Shown here: positions 53,131-64,000 of the stretch, piece by piece | Position numbering within the stretch: position 1 is the first letter of the stretch | How the letters are laid out: each line of letters opens with the position of its first letter | Origin: Octopus sinensis | Taxonomy: Eukaryota | Assembly (NCBI RefSeq): GCF_006345805.1 | Contig: NC_042997.1 | Location: 189,906,001-189,970,000 of the forward strand | Length of the DNA stretch: 64,000 bases | Direction of reading: 5' to 3' | Program-made: the position numbers and the translations under genes | The notes under the pieces: model-generated | Databases searched by the model: none | What the model was told of the DNA's origin: nothing | What the model saw: the letters and a program-made list of their open reading frames with translations, nothing else

Positions 53131-53355
53131 AACAACAAACAAGATGAGGACAAATATCCGTCAAATGTAAATAATATAAATAACGTACATAATTCCTCCT
53201 CTTGTAAGTATAGAACTGCATTATTATCATGTTTGAAAATGGAGAGATCTAATGGATACAAATTTATTTAGTAATTAATTAACATCTTCACCCTCAATTG
53301 TTTCATTTTTCTATCAAAATTAAGATTACAAAACACATAAATACGCCCCGGCCCA

Positions 53356-53824
53356 GTGATTTCACGTCATGACAGAATTAATAGTCAAGACTATTTAAGC
53401 ATTTTATGTGATCAAATTCATACTATGGCTGCGGAATTGTTTCCGGAGATAAACACAATCTTTCAGGACTCTAATGCATCAATTCACACAGCTAAAGTGT
53501 TACTGAATGACACGAGTAACATTCCAGTGAAGTTGAACACTTTATCTGGCCACCACAGTCACCAGATCTCAATATTATTGAACATTTATGGTGCATTTTA
53601 GAAAAACAAGTAAGGATTTGATATTCTTCAGCATCATCACTACAAGAACTGGAAATTGTTTTAGCCGAAGAAGGGACAAAAATTCCTTTGGAAACAATTG
53701 AAACCTTGTGAGTCCATACCTCGTAGAATTCAAGCTGTAATTACTGCCAAAGACAGTCCTACTCCATATTAAAATAAATTTGCTTGAAATTTTAAGGTGT
53801 TTCCATTATTTTGTCCAACCCCTG
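53356..53824 (+). mobile_element. 3' relic of a Tc1-like (DD34E-type) transposon
   Basis: IFQDSNASIHTAKV, WPPQSPDLNIIEHLW, SIPRRIQAVITAK, and a right end ggtgtttccattattttgtccaacccctg. Confidence 0.85.
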
Positions 53825-53835
53825 GGTATGCATAT

Positions 53836-54322
53836 ATCATCATCATCATTGTTCGACCGTGGTCGAGACAATGGAATTTACCATGCTACGCCAGACTTCA
53901 CGGTCCATCATGGCATTACGGAGGTCCTGTTGCTGGATGCCTGTATCCCTGGAAATTACATCAGGGTAGGAGAGTGTGCGCCTTCTGGTATTGCGAGTAG
54001 ATGGCTTCCAGAGGAGAAGAGTAGAAATTACCTCTTTTTCAGCTCTACAACAATGTCCAGCAAACTGGACTCTCCTACCTTACACAAGAGATGACACAGG
54101 TGGTAGTTTCCCATATATTTGCATTTTGGTTGGATGGCGCTTCCACGAGAGATTTTGAGCTCTCATAAGGAGGCGAGTGTAGGTTCCATCCAACTGCCTC
54201 TCAAGCTTCTTTGATAGCGTCCAGGTTTCTGAGCCATATAGTAGAATTGGTTCGACTGTGGCTTTGAAGATTTCAAGTTTGAAGTCTCTACTTAGATTTG
54301 AAGACCAGATCTTATGCATGTC
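53836..54322 (-). mobile_element. 3' fragment of an RTE-clade LINE
   Basis: KLEIFKATVEPILLYGSETWTLSKKLERQLDGTYTRLLMRAQNLSWK..., VQFAGHC..., ending in a (GAT)n tail. Confidence 0.85.
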
Positions 54323-55035
54323 ATACGCATATATTGGTGTATGTATACGTTTGTGTTTGTTTGCGCATCAGGACTGGTATTAAGATGAAAGCAGGGTTTG
54401 AGCCTGTCGATATTTCAGATTTGGCACACAAGCATCTAGTTCAAATCAAGTTATGGTTTAATATTTTGAAATAGCATATTCTGTAATAACACCATTAAAG
54501 GCTTTTCAAATGAATTATTGTTAAAATATAAAAAAAAAAAGGTTTTGAAATAGTGTCAAAAATGCGAAATGTATAACACATGCAGCAGAAAACGACAGAA
54601 GAAAGAAAAATTTTACATAGTAACTTTAATAAACACACACACGTACACACATACGCAAACACACTCACACACACACAGAGAGGCAGACACAGACACACAC
54701 ACACATGCAGTTACACATTCACATACTCACACAAACAAACGCAAAAGAAAAAATATCAAGAGAGAATGTATGGTTTTCATAGAAACGTAACAGCACCGCC
54801 ATGTTTAGTTTCAGATGTACACCATTGACTGTGCATAAGCATATATTAATATACGTTGCAATCAATTTTCGTGCGCGCTCAAACATACGTACAATCACGT
54901 AACACCCTCGTCACACACACACACACATATATAATATATGCATGTTCATCTCTCTATATATGTATTAAACACGCTTATTATATATACAGATGCATATATA
55001 TGTATATATGTATATAGATATATATGTATATATAT

Positions 55036-55080
<45 letters not shown>

Positions 55081-55296
55081 TACATATATGAATATGTATG
55101 CATACAAACACATATATGGTCATGTATATATTAGATATACATACATACATATATATATATATGTATATATATATACATATATATAAGTAAATATACATAC
55201 ATATATATTATATATATATATATATATAATATATAGATGTAAATATACATATATATAATATATATATAATATATATATATATTATATGTATGTATG

Positions 55297-55329
<33 letters not shown>

Positions 55330-56110
55330 ATATATATAATATATTGTATGTATATGTATATGTATGTATATCTAATATATACATGTACATATATGTGTTT
55401 GTGTGTATACATATTCATATATTCTTTTATTCTTTTATTTCTTTCAGTCATTTGTCTGTGGCCATGCTGGAGCACTGCATTGATATATATATATATATAT
55501 ATACATATGAACACAGGCATAACTACGCGCTAGCTGTATTCCTGGTGAAATCGTAAGGTGGCTGTATGCTTTCTCTCGTTTTTTCTGCATTGCTATTTCA
55601 CATGTGTAAACTATGTATTTAAATTTTGCTGTAACATCTAGATGTGAAACAGATTTTGATATTTAGTAAAGGAACTGAAATATCTAACATTCTCTTATAG
55701 ATTCAGAAAGTAAACGGTTCCAGAAATCCAAGAAAGATTTCTTTGCTTTTGACACTCATTCAGATACTATTAAATCGAATGCATGTTTCTATTTAGGAAT
55801 TTATAATATTCGCCATTTTAGCTTTTCTTTTTTCTGTATCCTTTTGCCATTTCATGCGTACACAACCTATATACGTGTACATACGTGTACATACATTCAT
55901 ATACACAAACGTATGTATATGTACGTATATTATATATACGTATACATATACATATATATATATATATAAATACGTACATATATATATGTGTGTATATATG
56001 TATATATATAAATATATTTATATATATATATATCTGTATGTTTATGTATGTGTGTATACATATATATCAATGAATTTATCTATATACCGATAAACCTTCC
56101 CGTTATATAC

Positions 56111-56159
<49 letters not shown>

Positions 56160-56170
56160 ATATAAGTATG

Positions 56171-56206
<36 letters not shown>

Positions 56207-56613
56207 TGTATGTATGTATGTATGTATGCATGTATTTCAGCTATAAAGGCCACCTTTAGAGAAAATCCCACGTGAATGTGTAGTATGCATGAAAAACGTT
56301 AGAATACTCGTGAATTTTATAACTTTTTGGTTCTCGGTACATGGAATGAATTTCATATGATATGTGAACAAGTACTGTGTATTAGTTTAAATCTTTCGTA
56401 TGCAACTGTTTCTTTCTATCTACCATCATACATTTCGTTCATTCACACACATACTGCAGTACACATATTGTAATGGAAGTAATTATACAAGCATACACGC
56501 AATTGGTGATGTATGTAAATATACCTGATCTCTTATGAATGTGTGCATGTCAATATGTAATTCTGTCGTACTTTAAATACTTGCATAACGCAGAACATAA
56601 ATGCCTACGTGTA

Positions 56614-57493
56614 CAGGGTGAGATCAGTAAATTGTCTAATCGCTCTTATAAGAAAAGAACGCCTGGATTTGGTGGTGAGATCCAGGCCGCGATAGACAAC
56701 GATTCCTCCAAGTCAATCAGGTCTAGCACCAGGGATATGGGTGTGCCTGAGTTTCTTATCAGGCAGGTAGTGCATGAAGACATTCGGTATTCCTCATACA
56801 AAATGAGAAAGAGTCAATTTTTATCCTAAGTCAACAAGGACAAGAGGAAAGACAGCGCTACGAAGAGTTTGAACGATCACAAGCACTCCCTGCAACCGAA
56901 CATACTTTGGTTTTTCTCAGACGACAAAAAATTCATACCAGGGTCATACGGTGAACACACAGAACAAGCGTTGGCTTGCCGTGTCCCCAAAACATGTATC
57001 GAAAGTGATAAAAATCAACCATTCCGACAACATCATGGTGTTTGGAGTGATCACTAGTGATAGTGACGTTATGCGTCCATTCATCTTCCCACATGACCTC
57101 AGGCGCAACACAGTAACCTACATCAAATGCCTGGAGAAGGATATGCTGCCCTGGGTCAAGAGAGTGGCTGCTGGAAGACCCTATATCTAGCAACAGGGCT
57201 CTGCACAATGCCACACAAGCAGGAGGACCGAGTAATGACTGTCAGACAATTTCTGCGACCACATTACTCCGTACATCTGGCCACCTACATCAAGTGTCCG
57301 GAGAAGATGTCAGGGGTAATGTGGCAGCATTCATCACCTTAAACAAGGGGACCCTTCAGAAAGATTGCAGGAGATTCCGAAGTCATCTCGAGAATGTGGT
57401 TGAAACCAATGGCAAATTTATTGAATAAATTACTCTTTAGTATTTCAAGATATTTTTGCGTAATTTAAACGTGAGTTTATTCACAAAACCCCG
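56614..57493 (+). mobile_element. Degraded Tc1/mariner-superfamily element (maT-like by motif style)
   Basis: TA-cagggtg left end and accccg-TA right end; WFFSDDKKF, NTQNKRWLA, IMVFGVITSD and YIKCLE...GRPYI motifs; third catalytic residue region deleted. Confidence 0.75.
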
Positions 57494-57501
57494 TATATAT
57501 A

Positions 57502-57571
<70 letters not shown>

Positions 57572-57600
57572 CATAATATATATACGGATGTATATAAATG

Positions 57601-57632
<32 letters not shown>

Positions 57633-57798
57633 TATAGATAAGAAAGTTGGTTTGTGAAAGCACGTGGTTGAATATATAGAAAATAGTAAAAGGTGAAAAA
57701 CTACAGAAGGCTTAAAGGTTAAAAAATATATATATTTGCGTCAAGATGTCTGAAGAATATTAAAAAAATTTTTTTCCTTACAATGACATAGTTTAGAA

Positions 57799-59105
57799 GA
57801 AAGATCGGTTTCGCGTTTAGCTTTTCAAATTTCTTACGACGTTATGTCTATGTTGAATAGAGTTATCGTTATGTTTATGTTTAAAAGAGGAGGTAATGAG
57901 TGATTTCTTCCGGTGTAAGGGAGATAATCGCTTAAATTTTTTTTCCTTTCCCTTGGTGTGAATTCTCTGTATCAGTATGTTGGCATGGTTAAGTCTGGGC
58001 TTGTACTTTTCAATGAAGAATGTTTCCTTGTTTAGTCTAATTTGTGTTGATGATCCGATAGCACATTGGTAAAATGGAAAGATTAAAAATTGTGGTAGTA
58101 GTTGCTTTGCGCATTTCTCAATGTGCTCACTAAAAGGTATCATTCTGTATTCTGGGAATGCAATCTGTTGTCGATGCAGTGTGCATCTACGTCTAAGTGA
58201 TAGTCCCGTGGAACCCACGTAGTCTTGGTGGCAGCCCGAGCATTTTATGACATAAATTATGTTTTCAGAGGCACAAGTAAAGTTAGATTTGATCTTGAAT
58301 TTCTGTCCTCTTTAAAGAGGAATTCTGATCCTTCTAGCAGGTTTGGACATGTGTGCACAGTTCGATCTACCACATTTTTTACTTTTGCATCCGTAATTTC
58401 AGAAAACAATTTTGCCTTTATGAGAATCTTTTAAGTGATTTAGGTTGTTTGTAGCTTTTAATGATTTGGTGTATGTTTAGAATTTCTTTAATTTGGGGTC
58501 CTTATGAAGTATGGGTAAATTCTGGTGATGATGATGGTGAAGGCTTCTTTGTTTCTGGGGTTGTATGTAGATATGTAAGGTAGTATTTCGGGGAAGTGTG
58601 TTGTTGTGTTGAACATTTCTTAAAGTTTCTATGTTGATTTCTGTTGCACGTCTGATCCCATCCTCATGAGTTGAGCTGGGTAATGTCTGTCAATTAGGGT
58701 GTTTTTGAGTTCTTGCAGTCTAAAGTTCCTGGTATTTTGTTCTGACACTATTGTGCATATCCTTCTTGCAAGGTTGAAGGGGATGTTTGTTTTAGTGTGT
58801 CTTGGGTGACATGAATTAAAAAGAAGGTATTGTTTGGCGTCTGGGGCTTGTAAAAAATGTCTGTTTCTATTTTAAGGTTAATTTTTTAATTAGTATATCC
58901 AAGAAAGGGAGCTCCTTTTGGTTGTATCCATTATGAACTGTATATTTGGGTTTATGCTGTTCAATAGGTTTTTAAATTTTAGGAGTTTATCTGTGTTTTC
59001 ATTCCAGAGTATAAAACAATCGTCTAAGAATCGTTTCCAATTCTCTTTTATGTATTGAGAAAGGGGGTTTCCAAAGATTGATAAAGATTCCTGGTAAATG
59101 ATATT
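57799..59105 (-). mobile_element. Degraded Penelope-like element: RT C-terminal half plus GIY-YIG
   Basis: WKRFLDDCFILW, NIPFNLARRICTIVSE and GSTGLSLRRRCTLHRQQI...KETFFIEKYKPRLN; a decayed HHR-like motif at 57799-57833 follows the ORF. Confidence 0.9.
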
Positions 59106-59111
59106 TCCATG

Positions 59112-59195
<84 letters not shown>

Positions 59196-59325
59196 CATTG
59201 AGAGAAGGACGAGATGGACGCTTATTTTTATGCTGTTACCGCATTATGTTGTACGCGAATGAGAGGATTTGCATCCCCAACGTAGAATTTTGATGTAATA
59301 CATGTCCTTGAGATAGTAGTTGTGC

Positions 59326-59402
59326 GCGGCTGAAGAAGGCCACATACACACATTATGCATTGTTATAAATCCGTCTAATAAAGGCCCGAACATATGTACC
59401 GC
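59326..59402 (+). ncRNA. Decayed hammerhead-like motif
   Basis: gcgg-CTGAAGA-A-ggcc...ggcc-c-GAA-catat-GTA-ccgc; one A of GAAA missing; palindrome acatatgt. Confidence 0.35.
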
Positions 59403-59463
59403 TGAATCCTTGGCATCATGTTTTATTTTTGATTATTTATATATATATATAATATATATATAT

Positions 59464-59520
<57 letters not shown>

Positions 59521-59587
59521 TATATTGAGGGTACTACTATTCGTAGATACCAACACGCTAAGAGGGACCAATGCGGTCAAAACTACT

Positions 59588-60280
59588 AAAAATAAACAAA
59601 AATTTTACCGAATGCAAAACTTCAAAACACATCATTTTAAAAAAGAATTCAGTTACATATCACATGTGATTTCGCATTTAATGCAGAATATGCATTTCAT
59701 GTTCGTCAGTGCAACAAACTCAAGAAATATAAGAAAAAACATAACATTACAAACTTGATAGCCAACCGTAGAATTCGTCGTAGCTTGTACGAATGTTTAT
59801 CCTTACATATCTATGAAAATGGCGGGCTTTTTCGCAATGCATTCGGTAACAAATGCCTAGTCGGAATAAAAATTCAGTATTGAACTATTCCGGTGAAAAA
59901 TATAAATTAACAATTGAGGATAAAATCTTTAAAAGAAATTATCAGTAGTCAGCGTGAAAAACCTCGTAAGAGAAAAAAAATAGTTCAATACTGAATTTTT
60001 ATTCCGACTAGGCAATTTGGTACCGAAATGCATTGCGAAAAAGCCCGCCATTTTCATAGATATGTAAGGATAAACATTCGTACAAGCTACGACGAATTCT
60101 ACGGTTGGCTATCGAGTTTGTAATGTTATGTTTTTTCTTATATTTCTTGAGTTTGTTGCACTGACGAATATGAAATGCATATTCTGCATTAAATGCGAAA
60201 TCACATGTGATATGTAACTGAATTCTTTTTTAAAATGATGTGTTTTGAAGTTTTGCATTCGGTAAAATTTTGTTTATTTT
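59588..60280. repeat. ~300-bp near-perfect inverted repeat with an 89-bp spacer; an HHR-like motif in each arm
   Basis: 59588-59889 vs 59979-60280; motifs at 59652-59715 (-) and 60155-60218 (+). Confidence 0.9.
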
Positions 60281-60292
60281 GTTTATTTTGTT

Positions 60293-60510
60293 TATACAAG
60301 CATATGTAATGATAATAATGGGTGGATGTAAACACATGAACAAAATTAGAACAAAAGCAACAACAACAAAAACAAAATACAAATTACTAATATTGCTGTT
60401 ATACATACATACAAGCATATGTAATGATAATAATGGGTGGATGTAAACACTGAACAAAATTAGAACAAAAGCAACAACAACAAAAAAACAAAATACAAAT
60501 TACAAGAATG
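60293..60510 (+). repeat. Tandem direct duplication (~115-bp period)
   Basis: atacaagcatatgtaatgataataatgggtggatgtaaacac...aatacaaattac occurs twice. Confidence 0.85.
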
Positions 60511-62467
60511 TATATAAAAAGAAGAAGATACAAATATTAACAGGCATCCCCACCACACACACAATAATAACATAGACGCACATAGAGATATAAGCATGCG
60601 CAAATGAAGACATACAATAGAAATACAAAATGGCTGACGGTTAGTAAGGAGAGACACAAGTAAGTGAGAAGAAAACAAAGGACCACTGATGCGGTCACAG
60701 GAGTGTGACGAAAGAACTTTGGCCGAAATAAGATGAAGATTTATGTAAAAAATAAATATCACTGAAGCAAAATAACATCAAATATATAGTGCGTGTGTTT
60801 TTATTGGCTAAACTGGCAATATGACCATTCCGAAATATAACAATATATATATATATACGTTTTATTTATTATTTTGCAAACTACTAATTGGTATATATTT
60901 TTATCTTATATTTAATTTTTTCTATAGGATGTAATTTTTTTCTATATGGCATAATTTAATTTTTTCATTGTTGAATTGATAAAAAGTGGTTTTGTTTTCT
61001 AATTTATATATATATATATATATATACATATATATTATATATTTTATGACATTTTGATTTCGTATTTCTAAATTGAATTTTTCCCCGTAAGTTTGGAATA
61101 ATATTCCCTAATATTATGTATATATATATATTGCTTCAGTCATGGGAATGTGGTCATGCTAGAGCACTGCATTAATTTGTTTAGTACTTATCGACCCCAG
61201 TACTTGTTTTAAAGTCCTCTCGTCACTCTATACTGTCTTCTGTGGATGGTGGACAGTCTGAACTCTTACTTCATCATGAAGACAATGACGACACATTGCT
61301 TGTACATGAAGCACATTATTTGTAATGAAGAACAGGAAGAAAAGTTACTCTAGGGGAAACTTACTCTAGCAACATGTGCAATCTGAACGACCAATGTCAG
61401 TTAATAAAAAAAATGTTATGCTCAAATTTGCCATTGATTTTAGTACAGCACTCGCATAGTATGGATGTTATACTGTGCACGATCAAATGCGACGTTATAG
61501 GGACGTTTCTAAAGCAAAATTGTATATGAAACAGAACATAGATAATCTAGAACCCTGTTATTCGGCAAATACTTAAAACGGTACTTCAAAGATCACTGAT
61601 ATAAGATGCAGAAACATATATTGTAGAATTAATGATATTGAATAAAATATCACTTTGTACTCTATATATAAAAGTTATACCTCTCTGTAGTATATATGCT
61701 GCGTAGTATTACACAAAAGATAGTAGTGCACAAGTTAATAAATACTATATATAATACCATACCATGTACAATAGGATACAATAAAGTATGAAACACTGCA
61801 CTGTATATATAAAGAACAGTATAGGAATGCCAGTAAAAATAATAAATACAGAGACATCAATCAAGCTTAGACGTGTCGAATTTTGAATAACTGAATTTTG
61901 TTTTTTCACTGACATAGTGATAGAGGAAGAAAAAGAAACAGAGAGTGGCGGAGGGGGTGGGCAGAGAAACAAGAATATATATATATATATACAATAGGAG
62001 GAGGAGAAGAGAAAATGAGACAGGCAAATTGAAAATCAATGCTTCTGAACCAAGCGTAAATTTTCTAGAATTCCTGCCAATTCCATCATCAGATATGTGT
62101 CCATGATTTCATAGAAAATTAGAAAAAATTGGCATTGAATCAAATTAATTCATAGTAATGATGTTGGGCCTCATAAGAGTTTCTCTTGGCAGCTTTTCGT
62201 TTTCGTTTCGTTTATTTCTTTTAAATGTTATTTGAAGTGCTGTTTGTTTTCCTTTAGTTTCACCACATAATCATCAATAGTTAAACTAGTCGAAAACAGT
62301 AAGGAAGTTCTCCATTGCGTTGTATTTTATCCAACCATAATGGGCAGACGTCAGAACTATCTGTACTAAGTATGTGTACCTTCCTATTAGGGATATGGGA
62401 GGTCCATTGAACAGCTTTTGGGGTAAGTGAATAAGAGATATTTTCCACACCTTAATGGAGTTTTTGG

Positions 62468-62847
62468 AAGCACTCCGTCGGTTACGACGTTGAGAGTTCC
62501 GGTTGATCCGAATCAACGGAACAGCCTGCTCGGAAAATTAACGTGTAAGTGGCTGAGCACTCCACAGACACGTGTACCCTTAACGTAGTTCTCGGGATAT
62601 TCAGTGTGACACAGAGAGTGACAAGGCCGGCCCTTTGAAATACAGGTACAACAGAAACAGGAAGTAAGAGTGAGAGAAAGTTGTGGTGAAAGAGTATAGC
62701 AGGGATCACCACCATCCCCTGCCGGAGATCGTGGAGCTTTAGGTGTTTTCGCTCAATAAACACTCACAACGCCCGGTCTGGGAATCGAAACCGCGATCCT
62801 ATGACCGCGAGTCCGCTGCCCTAACCACTGGGCCATTGCGCCTCCAC
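62468..62847 (-). mobile_element. Full-length tRNA-derived SINE family C
   Basis: A-box tggcccagtggttagg, B-box-like ggtttcgattccc, body and tail ending gacggagtgctt. Confidence 0.9.
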
Positions 62848-63564
62848 CAACAGCTTAATATCGTTGCTAACTTTTCCCATCGGAAAGATTGAGCTTAGCA
62901 TAGAAGAGATAGTGAATAAGTTTTCAATTAGACAGTGAGACAACTGAATCCAGGCGTGAAATATACCAAAGCATCCTCATTACATATTTATATGGAGGGA
63001 GCCGGTTCTATCTAAGTTTAATAGCTTTGGCTGAGAAAAATATAGTGTGTCAATGATAAACGATACAACAGTATATCTGTTTTCTATATGCGTCCTCATG
63101 AGAGATGTAGTCATTTCATTTAGAACAGCCTCTTCGAAAAGGTAATACATTCACAAGAAATTATAATTCGAAAATTAAACCCCACAATCCTCAGTATTTC
63201 GTTTTTTCAAGCTTTAGAAACTTGTATTTAATTAGATTCTGATTTCAAATGCTGAGATTGTTAGTATAGCTTCTACTTTTCACATTTGGTCGATACAATA
63301 AATGCTAGTAATATATCACACGTTAGCAGAATCGACTATAACTTACTCTTTTTATCTTCACATTTGTTGCTGAGTAAGAAATCGTTCAGATTATCATTAT
63401 AATAATAAAAAAAATGTCAGTTTCCTGTTGGCTGCTGAATACATGTTGATATCGCTGTGGTTGCGCATGGGGTTACAGTCCTCGTCTATGTCATTATTGT
63501 CCGCTTCCTACGCCAGCGTACTTTCCCCCTAGTTTCAAAGAAACTCTATGGTTAGAAGATTCGT

Positions 63565-63685
63565 CCCCAGCCACACACTCCCGGGTTCAGTCTCACTGCT
63601 CGGTGAATTGTCTTCTATTATAGCCTCAGGGGAACCAAAGCATTGTCAGTATTTGGTTGATAGAAACTTAGAGTAGCCCGTTGTA
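63565..63685 (+). mobile_element. Degenerate 5' half of SINE family A
   Basis: ccgggttcagtctcactgc...gtcttctattatagcctc...gaaacttagagtagcccgt. Confidence 0.65.
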
Positions 63686-63789
63686 TATATATATAGATAT
63701 ATATATATAACTGGTTTCTAACTAAACTATATATATATAATTATATACATGTACATATATGTATATATACATACATATCTATATCGATC

Positions 63790-63797
63790 TATCTATA

Positions 63798-63864
<67 letters not shown>

Positions 63865-63867
63865 CTA

Positions 63868-63915
<48 letters not shown>
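63790..63915. repeat. (TCTA)n followed by (TA)n
   Basis: Direct reading of the sequence. Confidence 0.95.
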
Positions 63916-64000
63916 CTTATAAACAAGGGCTAAAGAAAATTATTTCTGTGCCAATATGCTGATAACAGACTTTTAAATCGTCAATTTCCACATATTATTT

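Noticed and set aside
62770-62847. tRNA gene calls for the SINE heads (also 1801, 13100, 26352, 39410, 43060, 46920)
   Set aside because: A/B boxes are present but the acceptor stem does not close, and each head runs into a shared SINE body.

Overview
This is AT-rich, microsatellite-dense, repeat-dominated eukaryotic DNA. The tRNA-derived SINE families and simple-repeat load suggest an octopus (coleoid cephalopod) genome; this is inferred from family recognition, not from a search. No host protein-coding gene could be called with confidence: nearly all ORFs in the supplied track are translations of (TA)n/(CA)n/(TACA)n repeats, and only two weak candidate exons were seen. Mobile elements present: four or more tRNA-head SINE families with interchangeable heads and tails; three Penelope-like element (PLE) RT/GIY-YIG relics; 3' fragments of CR1-, RTE- and R4/Dong-clade LINEs; two copies of one internally deleted mariner; two other Tc1/mariner relics; a short non-autonomous Helitron; and several long inverted repeats. 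A 100-N gap (8362-8461) is flanked by a probable false duplication. The most notable signal is a set of about 15 minimal type I hammerhead-ribozyme (HHR)-like motifs, folded by eye, in at least five unrelated short sequence families. They carry palindromic stem III segments and recurrent core variants (CUGU-N-GA, CCGANGA, an extra A after A9). They occur as dispersed ~185-bp elements, as a tandem pair 393 nt apart, and as outward-facing inverted pairs, an arrangement that resembles a PLE/retrozyme-type system. Self-cleavage activity is untested.
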